Origin: Polyangiaceae bacterium
GTDB lineage: Bacteria; Myxococcota_A; Polyangia; Polyangiales; Polyangiaceae
Assembly (NCBI GenBank): GCA_033763455.1
Contig: JANRKO010000072.1
Coordinates: forward strand, 1 to 19,908
Direction of reading: 5' to 3'
DNA: 19,908 nucleotides
In this document: positions 7,483 to 15,205 of the stretch, piece after piece
Numbering within the stretch: the first letter of the stretch is position 1
Layout of the letters: the number at the start of each line of letters is the position of its first letter
Program-made: the position numbers and the translations under genes
The notes under the pieces: model-generated
What the model was told of the DNA's origin: nothing
Databases searched by the model: none
Seen by the model: only the letters and a program-made list of their open reading frames with translations

Positions 7483-8785
7483 GCTGAGCTCGTGACGAAA
7501 TGGACTGTGGCTTTGAATTCGGAATGCGGCGCGGGGGCACTACCACTTCCGGACTCGGAAGCGTCCCAGTTCGGGGGATAGCGTACACACGTTTGGCGTA
7601 GAGCTTGGTCCCTTTCAAGCGGTTGGCGCGGCGAAGAGCTTTCACCGTCGTGCCGAATTTCGCGGCCAATAAGTTCAGGGAATCCCCTGGCTTCGCAGTG
7701 TAGTTGAGGGTGTAAGCGCGAGGGCGAATCTTCCCGTATTTCACCAAGAGCGGGTGCAAGCGCCGCGCACTTTCCTGGGCAATCGGATTGTAGAATCGGA
7801 TGTGGATGTGAGTGCGGTGGCCCTTCACGTGGCGGATGAGTGGCGGGCGCACCCCCGGAGTCCCGCGAAAGAGGTCCTCCACCCATGTCGGATCTTCCCC
7901 GGCCTTTTCGGCATAGTCGCGCAAGATGGCCTGAATGGAAGCGTCGATCAAGATCATCTCAACGTCACTTTCGACGGCAAGCGCGTGAATGAACGCCCAA
8001 GTCTTTTCCGTGTCTAGGTTATCGGCCGTTGCGGCGGTGTACCAGGGGCTCGCGTCTGAGTAATAATAGCTGATGTCCACGTCTCTGCCTGCTTGATGGC
8101 TGAGGTGTGGCGATAGGTGGCCGCCGTTTTTCGCACTCACGTCCCCAATGGCAAGCTTCGGGCAGTTGCTGAAAGCGTTGTGGACTCGGGCAAGGCTTCG
8201 CGTCAGGTAATCCACCGTTTCCTGAGTGGCGTAGGCCGTACCTGGTGCCACGGTCGTATAAAGGTCGCTCGGGGGGAAGGGCACCGCATTGATGAGGGCT
8301 CCGCCGTTAGGGCGACCGATCGAAAGCGAACCGAGCTTGGCGGGACTGTGCCTTAGCCAATCTTGGAGGGTCTTCTCGGTCAGTGCATCAAACGGGTGGG
8401 GGCGGGGTTGCTGTGGACCTTTGGGAAAGGTGCTGAGTTCGTCCTCGGGAACGTCGTCGTGGACGCGGCTAGGATCTTCGCCTTCGTGGCTCTCGTGGTC
8501 TCCCTCCGCGTCAGCCGTTGCCGCATGCAATGGGCCTTCGGGACGAGGCGGTGCGGCTGGCTGCGGATCCTCAAAACGTGCAGTGGGCGGTGCCATGGAG
8601 CTTCGGCGCGCCGCTGATCCCTGCGGAGAATTCGGAGAGGTTTCTGACTCGGGCTGAGCGTGGACGGTTGGCGCCGGCTCCGTTTGCGCGTTGCCGAGCC
8701 GCAGCGTGGCGCACCCCCAACAGATTGAGCTGAGCGACACGAGTTGTAGGACCCTCTGCCGTAGGATAGCCTTCTGATGCGTCAC
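7463..8785 (-). CDS. Penicillin-insensitive murein endopeptidase (MepA-like, peptidase M74) with C-terminal LysM domain
   Basis: SIGRPNGGALINA, IGDVSAKNGG, HLSHQAGRDVDI, HVKGHRTHIHIRF (Zn ligands). LysM: YTAKPGDSLNLLAAKFGTTVKALRRANRL...YAIP. N-terminal signal with a possible lipobox Cys and a Pro/acidic linker. Confidence 0.88.
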   Translation of the reverse strand: MTHQKAILRQRVLQLVSLSSICWGCATLRLGNAQTEPAPTVHAQPESETSPNSPQGSAARRSSMAPPTARFEDPQPAAPPRPEGPLHAATADAEGDHESHEGEDPSRVHDDVPEDELSTFPKGPQQPRPHPFDALTEKTLQDWLRHSPAKLGSLSIGRPNGGALINAVPFPPSDLYTTVAPGTAYATQETVDYLTRSLARVHNAFSNCPKLAIGDVSAKNGGHLSPHLSHQAGRDVDISYYYSDASPWYTAATADNLDTEKTWAFIHALAVESDVEMILIDASIQAILRDYAEKAGEDPTWVEDLFRGTPGVRPPLIRHVKGHRTHIHIRFYNPIAQESARRLHPLLVKYGKIRPRAYTLNYTAKPGDSLNLLAAKFGTTVKALRRANRLKGTKLYAKRVYAIPRTGTLPSPEVVVPPRRIPNSKPQSISSRAQHATPPT

Positions 8786-8882
8786 AGGGGCAAAACGCTA
8801 GCCCAATCTGGAACGTTGACCAAATCCTTGGGCTTAGGCTTGGATTTGCAGAGCGCGCTCGCATCGAATATGGAAAGCGGGC

Positions 8883-9473
8883 ATGCATCCGCTTTTGAGC
8901 GAAGATCCCTGGAAATCATTGGAACTTTGGTACAGAGAGGCGGAGGCCGCGGGGGAATCCATGGTCGACGCAATGGCGTTAGCAACTGTCGACGCGAAGG
9001 GACAACCGCGTGCCCGCATCGTGCTGTACAAGGGCATTATTGAAGGCAAGGTGGCTTTTTTCACTAACTATCGAAGCCCGAAAGCTCTTGAGATAGGTGG
9101 CAACCCGCGCGTCGCGTTGACCTTCCATTTTCGCTCTCTGACACGCCAGGTTCGGCTTGAAGGTTGCGCGGTTAAGCTGAGTGCGGAAGCGTCTGACGCT
9201 TACTTTGCAACACGCCCGCGCGAAAGTCAGATTGGTGCCTGGGCTTCGCCGCAGAGCGAGGTGATTGCAACACGGGAAGAGCTTGAGCGCCGGACCGATG
9301 AAGTGCGTGCTCGCTTTGGGCAAGGCGCCGTGCCGCGGCCGGATTTCTGGGGGGGCTTCGGGGTCGAGGTGGAGCGCTTTGAGTTCTGGCTAGGTGCAGA
9401 ATTCCGACTGCACGATCGGTTTGTCTACACCCCCGCGGGGGTGGGCTGGCGGGGGCAGCGGCTAGCTCCCTAA
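8883..9473 (+). CDS. pdxH: Pyridoxine/pyridoxamine 5'-phosphate oxidase
   Basis: AMALATVD..GQPRARIVLYK, FFTNYRSPK, RQVRLEG, YFATRPRESQIGAWASPQS, RPDFWGG, EFW...RLHDR, RLAP*. Confidence 0.96.
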   Translation: MHPLLSEDPWKSLELWYREAEAAGESMVDAMALATVDAKGQPRARIVLYKGIIEGKVAFFTNYRSPKALEIGGNPRVALTFHFRSLTRQVRLEGCAVKLSAEASDAYFATRPRESQIGAWASPQSEVIATREELERRTDEVRARFGQGAVPRPDFWGGFGVEVERFEFWLGAEFRLHDRFVYTPAGVGWRGQRLAP

Positions 9474-9526
9474 CGTGGCTCGAAGCGGCTAGCTCCCTCA
9501 CGTCGCTTGAAGCGGCAAGCCCTTGA
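9457..9526 (+). repeat. 27-bp tandem duplication of the pdxH 3' end (2 copies plus a partial third)
   Basis: AGCGGCTAGCTCCCTAACGTGGCTCGA (9457-9483), AGCGGCTAGCTCCCTCACGTCGCTTGA (9484-9510), then AGCGGCAAGCCCTTGA (9511-9526). Confidence 0.85.
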
Positions 9527-9548
9527 AGCGCCATGCTTGGCCCCCTTG
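9520..9548 (+). promoter_or_regulatory. Putative sigma-32 (RpoH-like) heat-shock promoter for htpG
   Basis: CCCTTGAA (9520-9527), a 13-nt spacer, then CCCCCTTG (9541-9548). This resembles the CTTGAA-N13/14-CCCCAT consensus and lies about 50 nt upstream of htpG. Confidence 0.45.
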
Positions 9549-9596
9549 CTCCTTGCCTTCAAATGGTTATGGTGCGCCGCAACCCGAAGGACTGCC

Positions 9597-11492
9597 ATGA
9601 GCGAGCGCCAAGAGCACCATTTTAAGGCCGAAGTCACCCAGGTTTTGCGGCTGGTTATCCAGTCGCTTTACAGCAATCAGGAGGTTTTCCTGCGGGAGCT
9701 CGTGTCGAACGCCTCGGATGCATTGGACAAGCTCAGGTTTCGTGCCATCCAGACCCCCGAGTTAATTTCGGCCGATCACACCCTCAAAATCCGCTTGATG
9801 GTAGATGCCGAAAAGAAAACGCTCACGATTTGGGACAACGGCATTGGGATGTCGAAGGAAGAGCTGGCCCAATCGTTGGGTACGGTGGCGTGGTCCGGTA
9901 CACGTGAATTTGCAGAAAAGCTCAAACAAGCCCAGTCGGCCGATCAGAAAGTGGATCTCATTGGGCAGTTTGGCGTGGGCTTCTACAGTGCCTACCTGGT
10001 GGCTGATGAGGTCGAAGTGCTGAGCCGCGCGGCGGGCACTGAAGAAGCGAACGTTTGGAGGTCAAAGGGGGAAAGTACCTTCACCATCGAACCCAGCATG
10101 CGCGAGGTTTCCGGCACGTCGGTGGTGCTTCACCTTAAGGATGAAGCCAAGGAATTTCTTGATTCGTATCGCATCAAGTCCCTTATTTCTCGCTATTCCG
10201 ACTACATCGCGCACCCCATTGAATTGGGAGAAAAAGCGAAGGACTCCGATGAGCTAGAATTCAAAGCCATCAATCAGGCGAGTGCTCTTTGGCAGCGCAA
10301 CCCGAAGGAGGTTACCGAAGAGCAATATCACGAATTTTACAAACATTTGACGCATGATTGGGAGCCACCCATCGCGTACAAGCACTTTAAGATCGAAGGC
10401 ACCCAGATGTTTGTGGGCCTTTTGTTCTTGCCGAAGCGCGCACCTTTCGACCTGTTTGAGGCTGAGCCGACCCACGGTGTGCGTCTTCATGTGAAGCGCG
10501 TGTTCGTAATGGACAACTGCCAGGAGCTCGTGCCGCGTTGGCTGCGGTTCATTCGTGGCGTGGTAGATTCTGAAGACTTGCCGCTCAATGTTTCGCGCGA
10601 AGTGCTGCAGGATTCGCGCGCGGTGCGCATCATCAAAAAGCAGGTGGTGAGCCAATCTTTGGATTTGCTGGAAGAATTGGCTACTCAAAAGCCTGAAGGC
10701 TATCTCGAATTTTGGAAAGCCTTCGGAGCAGTCATCAAAGAAGGGCTGCACTTCGACCCTGAGTACAAAGATCGGGTTAGCAAGCTGTTGCGTTATGAAA
10801 GTTCGGCGGGCGCCGAACTTACCTCTCTGGATGCGTACGTGGAGCGCATGAAAGTAGGGCAAAATGCCATCTACTACGCAACCGGCACCTCCCGTACGCT
10901 ACTCGAATCCAGCCCGCACCTGGAGCTCCTGAAAAAGCGCGGCTACGAAGTTCTCTACCTGACCGATCCGGTGGATCCCTTTGCCATCACCACACTCGAA
11001 ACTTACAGGGAAAAGCCGCTCGTCTCCGCCATGCAGGCTGACCTCAAGTTGGACGACAGCGAAAAGCCAAAGTCCGACGAAAAGCCTGAAGATAAGCCGG
11101 ATCTTGCGCCGCTCATCGTGCGCTTGCGTGAGGTGCTAAAAGACAAGGTTTCCGAGGTGCGCGCTTCTGAACGGCTTACCGATTCCCCCGTGTGTTTGGT
11201 GGTGTCGGAGGGGGGAATGTCACCGCAGATAGAGCGCATGATGCGCGCTTCCCGCATGAACGTGCCGGAAAGTCGACGCATCTTCGAGGTGAACGTCGAT
11301 CATCCGTTAATTCAACGCCTTTCCGCGATTGAAGCAGCGGCTCCCGGCGGTGAACGCGTAGCGGACTGGATCTACGTGCTTTACGATCAAGCCCTGCTTT
11401 CGGAAGGGAGCCCCATCGCCGATCCTGGGCTGTTCGCCAAGCGTCTCTCGGCTTTGCTTACGTTGGCAGCGGCTCAAGAGAGCGCCGCGTAA
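9597..11492 (+). CDS. htpG: Molecular chaperone HtpG (Hsp90)
   Basis: [79 protein letters not shown]. Start set at ATG 9597 (MSERQEH), with RBS GAAGGA at 9586-9591. Confidence 0.98.
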
Positions 11493-11532
11493 GAAAGGGC
11501 AGCGGGCCTCGCCGAGAAGCTTGGCCGCGCCT

Positions 11533-12132
11533 TCAGGTTACCGCGTAGAGTGTGGCGAGCAACACCAGCCACACCACCCCCAGAAAATCCCAATATTGTA
11601 CGCAGAGCGAAACGCCTTCGAATCGTGAGCTAGAATAGCGGTTTTTCTGTGCTTTGCTGAGCACAATGCCAATCGGCACAAAGCCGCCCAGAACGTGCAA
11701 AGCATGGAGGCCCGTGAGCATAAAAAACGTGAAGCTGTAGAGATTCCGCAGCGTGGCGGTGCTTCCAATCATCGTCATGCTGTGCCAGTTGGCACCTTGC
11801 GCCACCAGAAAGGCAACGGCTAAGCCCAACATGGCGCGCATCCACGTCTTGAACAAGGAGAAGCGGTTAGCTTTGAGCGCGCGAAGCGCGCCGTGGCCTG
11901 AAACACTTATCAAGATTATGAATAGCGTGCTCAGCCAGAGCCCCATCGGCAGCTCCGGCAAGCCTGCAGTGCGCCACTCGCGGTTGTTGGCTCGCGTGAT
12001 CAGGTAGGCGACAATGTTGGCGACGAAGATGACGGCAAGTGTCACCAAGAACACGTACATTCCAAGCTGTGCCGAGGACATCTTGAACGAGGGCTGGCGC
12101 GAGCCGCGCGGTGAGTCGGACTGAATGCTCAT
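11533..12132 (-). CDS. Haem-copper oxidase subunit III family protein (short 5-TM form), not in an oxidase operon
   Basis: LGMYVFLVT..F, STLFIILISVS, FLVAQGANW, YSFTFFMLTGLHALHVLGG, YWDFLGVVWLVL. Start set at ATG 12132, 10 nt after the queG stop. Confidence 0.88.
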   Translation of the reverse strand: MSIQSDSPRGSRQPSFKMSSAQLGMYVFLVTLAVIFVANIVAYLITRANNREWRTAGLPELPMGLWLSTLFIILISVSGHGALRALKANRFSLFKTWMRAMLGLAVAFLVAQGANWHSMTMIGSTATLRNLYSFTFFMLTGLHALHVLGGFVPIGIVLSKAQKNRYSSSRFEGVSLCVQYWDFLGVVWLVLLATLYAVT

Positions 12133-12142
12133 GGGCGGGAAC

Positions 12143-13324
12143 CTAGCGCAGGCGAGCGAGAGCGGAGCCCATTTCGTCACGCACCCAGGCTTCTGGCTCT
12201 TCCGTTTTCCCGGCCTCGAGGGCGTCTACGGCCCTTTTGACCTCCAACACCGGGCCCAACTCTCCAAGTGCCCAAGCTGCGTGCCCACGCACGAGGGCGA
12301 AGGGATGGGAGCAAAGGGCGTGTTCGAGCGGACCTTGGGCGGAAGGGTCCCCGGAGTTGCCGAGGGCAACGGCTGCATTTCTTGCAAGCGTGGCACGGTT
12401 GGCGCGGCGGCGAGCAGATTTTTTGGCGAATCGACGATAACCAGTAGACGTGAGCTCCAATAGCTCCACAAGATCTGGCAATTCAAACCCCGGCTTAGGT
12501 GCTAACTCCTGACCGTGTTCGCGGCTTTCAGCCCGAGCATTGTACGGGCAAACAGCTTGGCAAATGTCGCAACCAAATACGTGGTTGCCCATCAACGGAC
12601 GGAGTTCCTGCGGAATCACCCCGCGGTATTCAATCGTGAGATAGGAAATGCAGCGCCGTGCATCCAGTACGTAGTCGCTCACAAATGCTTGAGTGGGGCA
12701 CGCATCGAGGCAGCTTCTGCAGCGACCGCATCCCTCGGATCTTGGCAGGCTCGGAGGCAGCTCCACGTCGAGCAAGAGCTCGCCCAGGAGAAAATTGCTA
12801 CCGAGGCCGGGTGCGATAGAGAGCGTGTTTTTTCCTGTAAATCCGATACCTGCAAACCACGAGGCTTCACGTTCCAAAAGTGGCGCCGTATCCACGCAAC
12901 CGCGGGTAGCCAGCGGCCGGCCGACGATTTCGGTACAAGCCTTGCCGAGCGCCACGAGCTTCGAGCGCATCACCGTATGGTAGTCCGGGCCCCGGGCGTA
13001 ACCCGCTATGTATCCTGTGCGCGCAGGGGAAGCGCCGTGCTTTCGCAGCTCCACTAGGCTGCTTCCTGGGTAGGCAAGGGCCACCACCACTAGTGTTTTC
13101 GCGGAGCCAAGCAGTGTTTGAGGGTGAGCCCTATCGCCCTCAGAGCTCAGAAAATGCATCTCGCCATGAAGCCCCGCATCCAACCAGCGTTTCAGCGCGG
13201 CGCTGCCACGTTCAAACCGGCCTTCTGCAGGAGCAAAACCGACGCGCGTGAAGCCGAGCCTAAGTGCCGCTTCCGCTATCTCGGTGGCCCACCGGGTCTG
13301 ATCAGCACTTTCCGGGGCTAACAT
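12143..13324 (-). CDS. queG: tRNA epoxyqueuosine(34) reductase QueG with C-terminal HEAT-like repeat
   Basis: WLDAGLHGEM, YARGPDYH, VDTAPLLER, GIGFTGKN, FLLGELL, CGRCRSCLDACPT, DARRCISYLTIE, FGCDICQAVCPYN, RNAAVALGN, VRGHAAWALG. Confidence 0.96.
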   Translation of the reverse strand: MLAPESADQTRWATEIAEAALRLGFTRVGFAPAEGRFERGSAALKRWLDAGLHGEMHFLSSEGDRAHPQTLLGSAKTLVVVALAYPGSSLVELRKHGASPARTGYIAGYARGPDYHTVMRSKLVALGKACTEIVGRPLATRGCVDTAPLLEREASWFAGIGFTGKNTLSIAPGLGSNFLLGELLLDVELPPSLPRSEGCGRCRSCLDACPTQAFVSDYVLDARRCISYLTIEYRGVIPQELRPLMGNHVFGCDICQAVCPYNARAESREHGQELAPKPGFELPDLVELLELTSTGYRRFAKKSARRRANRATLARNAAVALGNSGDPSAQGPLEHALCSHPFALVRGHAAWALGELGPVLEVKRAVDALEAGKTEEPEAWVRDEMGSALARLR

Positions 13325-13469
13325 AGGGACAGTGTGGGCAGGTTTTTAAGCCTTCTCGGGGAATAAATTGGCGAGGTGAAGGGTCCCAAGCCGCGCCAGA
13401 GTGTGGTACTCCCGGCCGCGTTAAGCTTCGTTCCTCTCTTTACTAGGTCGAGAAACATCGGGATGCACC

Positions 13470-14489
13470 GTGATTGAGATTCAAGACTTATACAAGTATT
13501 ACGGCGATCGTCGCGTGATTGGCCCGCTCTCCGCGAAGATTGAGCAGGGCCAAATTGTAGGCCTGCTTGGCCTCAACGGCGCCGGCAAAACCACCACTCT
13601 CCGCATTTTAGCTTGCGACCTTTTGCCAACGAGCGGCTCGGTACGGGTGGATGGCGTGGATGTAGTGGAGAACCCGGAGCTGGTGCGGGCCAAGATCGGG
13701 TATTTGCCAGACACACCCCCTTTGTACAACGAGATGCGGGTGAGCGAATACTTGGGGTTTGCTGCCAAGCTTCGCGGTGTGCCGAACGCCGACGTAAAGC
13801 GCAGGGTGGATGACGCCATCGAGCAAACGGAGCTCGGTGGCGAGCGGTATCAGCTTATCTCGGCGTTATCGCATGGCTTCAAGCAACGTGTGGGTATCGC
13901 CCAAGCCATCGTGCATCGGCCAAAGCTCGTGGTGTTGGATGAGCCGATTAGCGGCTTAGATCCGAAGCAGATCGTGGAAATGCGCGACCTTGTGCGCGGG
14001 CTCCGCGGTGAGCATACAGTGATTGTTTCGAGCCACATTTTGACTGAAATCAGCGAGACTTGCGATCAGCTCCTGGTGATTCGGGACGGAAAAATTGCCG
14101 CCGCGGGCACGGAGGCTGAGCTTTTCTCCGCGCTCACTCACGGCATGCGTGTTGAAGTCACGGTCCGGGCGGAAGCGGCGCAAGCGGAAGCCACGCTGGA
14201 TAAGCTCAGTCAGTTGGCCCGGAGCATCCCTGGGATTTCAGATGTGAATCGCATCGATCCTCCCGAGCCCGGCGGCCACTGGGTCACGGCACTTATCGTC
14301 GGGGAGCGGGACGTGCGGGAAGATCTGCTGAAAGTGCTAGTGCATGGAGGCCTGCAAGTAGTGCAGTTCGCTCGCAGCGAGAACGAGCTTGAAAATGTGT
14401 TTCTCTCGCTCTCGGGTGCCGGGGAGCGGCGCGCGCGGCGTGGTGCCCAAGGTGCTGCACGCGGTACCACCACGGCGGAGGCAATATGA
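13470..14489 (+). CDS. ABC transporter ATP-binding protein (GldA-like)
   Basis: Walker A GLNGAGKTT, IGYLPDTPPLY, signature LSHGFKQRVGIAQA, Walker B VVLDEP, H-loop SSHIL. Confidence 0.93.
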   Translation: MIEIQDLYKYYGDRRVIGPLSAKIEQGQIVGLLGLNGAGKTTTLRILACDLLPTSGSVRVDGVDVVENPELVRAKIGYLPDTPPLYNEMRVSEYLGFAAKLRGVPNADVKRRVDDAIEQTELGGERYQLISALSHGFKQRVGIAQAIVHRPKLVVLDEPISGLDPKQIVEMRDLVRGLRGEHTVIVSSHILTEISETCDQLLVIRDGKIAAAGTEAELFSALTHGMRVEVTVRAEAAQAEATLDKLSQLARSIPGISDVNRIDPPEPGGHWVTALIVGERDVREDLLKVLVHGGLQVVQFARSENELENVFLSLSGAGERRARRGAQGAARGTTTAEAI

Positions 14490-15205
14490 AAGCTTTTCTG
14501 ATTGCACGAAGAGAGCTCAACGCCGTCGTGCGTTCACCGATGGGTGCGATCATCATATCGGTGACACTGCTCATCAACGGCCTCCTGTTCTACAACATGG
14601 TGCTCACCGAGAAGCTCCTGAGTGGGCAGGTTCTCGAACAGTTCTTCTATTACACGAGTGGCCCGATGATGTTGGCTGCAGTCGCGCTTTCCATGCGCCT
14701 CTTGGCTGAAGAACGTCAAAATGGCACGGTGACTCTGCTCAATACCTCGCCAATTTCCGATCGCGACATCGTATTGGGCAAATTTCTAGGTGCCTTGGTG
14801 GTGCTGGCCGTGATGGTGCTCTTCACTCTTTACATGCCGGCACTCATCTTCGTGAACGGCAAGGTGAGCATCGGGCACATCGCCGTGGGGTACCTTGGGC
14901 TCTTGCTCCTAGGTGCCGCGGTGCTTTCCATCGGTCTGTTTGCCTCTTCTCTCACGCGCCACCAGATCATTGCGGTGGTGATTGCGGCCGCCATCTTGGT
15001 GCCTTGGTTGGTGCTTTGGAAAGTGGCGCAGCTTGTGGACGCACCGGTTAACAAATTTTTGAACGGTTTTGCCCTCCACCATCAGAACTTCAGAACCTTC
15101 CAGACAGGCGTTCTGCGCCTCGATAGCGTGGTCTATTACGTGGCTGTGACTTACTTCTTCTTGTTGGCAGCAACCAAAGTGCTGGAGGCGCGACGATGGC
15201 GCTGA
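14486..15205 (+). CDS. ABC-2 type permease (GldF-like)
   Basis: IARREL...SP, SMRLLAEERQNGTVTLLNTSP...IVLGKFLG, IGLFASSLTRHQIIA; about 6 transmembrane segments. ATGA overlap with the ATPase gene. Confidence 0.92.
   Translation: MKAFLIARRELNAVVRSPMGAIIISVTLLINGLLFYNMVLTEKLLSGQVLEQFFYYTSGPMMLAAVALSMRLLAEERQNGTVTLLNTSPISDRDIVLGKFLGALVVLAVMVLFTLYMPALIFVNGKVSIGHIAVGYLGLLLLGAAVLSIGLFASSLTRHQIIAVVIAAAILVPWLVLWKVAQLVDAPVNKFLNGFALHHQNFRTFQTGVLRLDSVVYYVAVTYFFLLAATKVLEARRWR

Noticed and set aside
9172..9534. Minus-strand ORF with ELAASS repeats
   Set aside because: It is an antisense shadow of pdxH plus the 27-bp duplication.
9507..9596. 30-aa N-terminal extension of HtpG given in the ORF track
   Set aside because: Hsp90 homology starts at MSERQEH (9597), which has an RBS; the extension covers the repeat and promoter region.
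10254..10862. Long antisense ORFs (this one, 1215-1799, 4210-4806, 12515-13057, 17448-18086)
   Set aside because: They lie wholly or almost wholly opposite well-supported genes, show no motifs, and are typical of GC-rich codon bias.
11495..11532. Terminator between convergent htpG and subunit III genes
   Set aside because: Only an imperfect GC stem with a long loop and no U-tract; too weak to call.
12133..12180. Longer start of the subunit III gene
   Set aside because: It would overlap the queG 3' end by 38 bp; ATG 12132 is more parsimonious.
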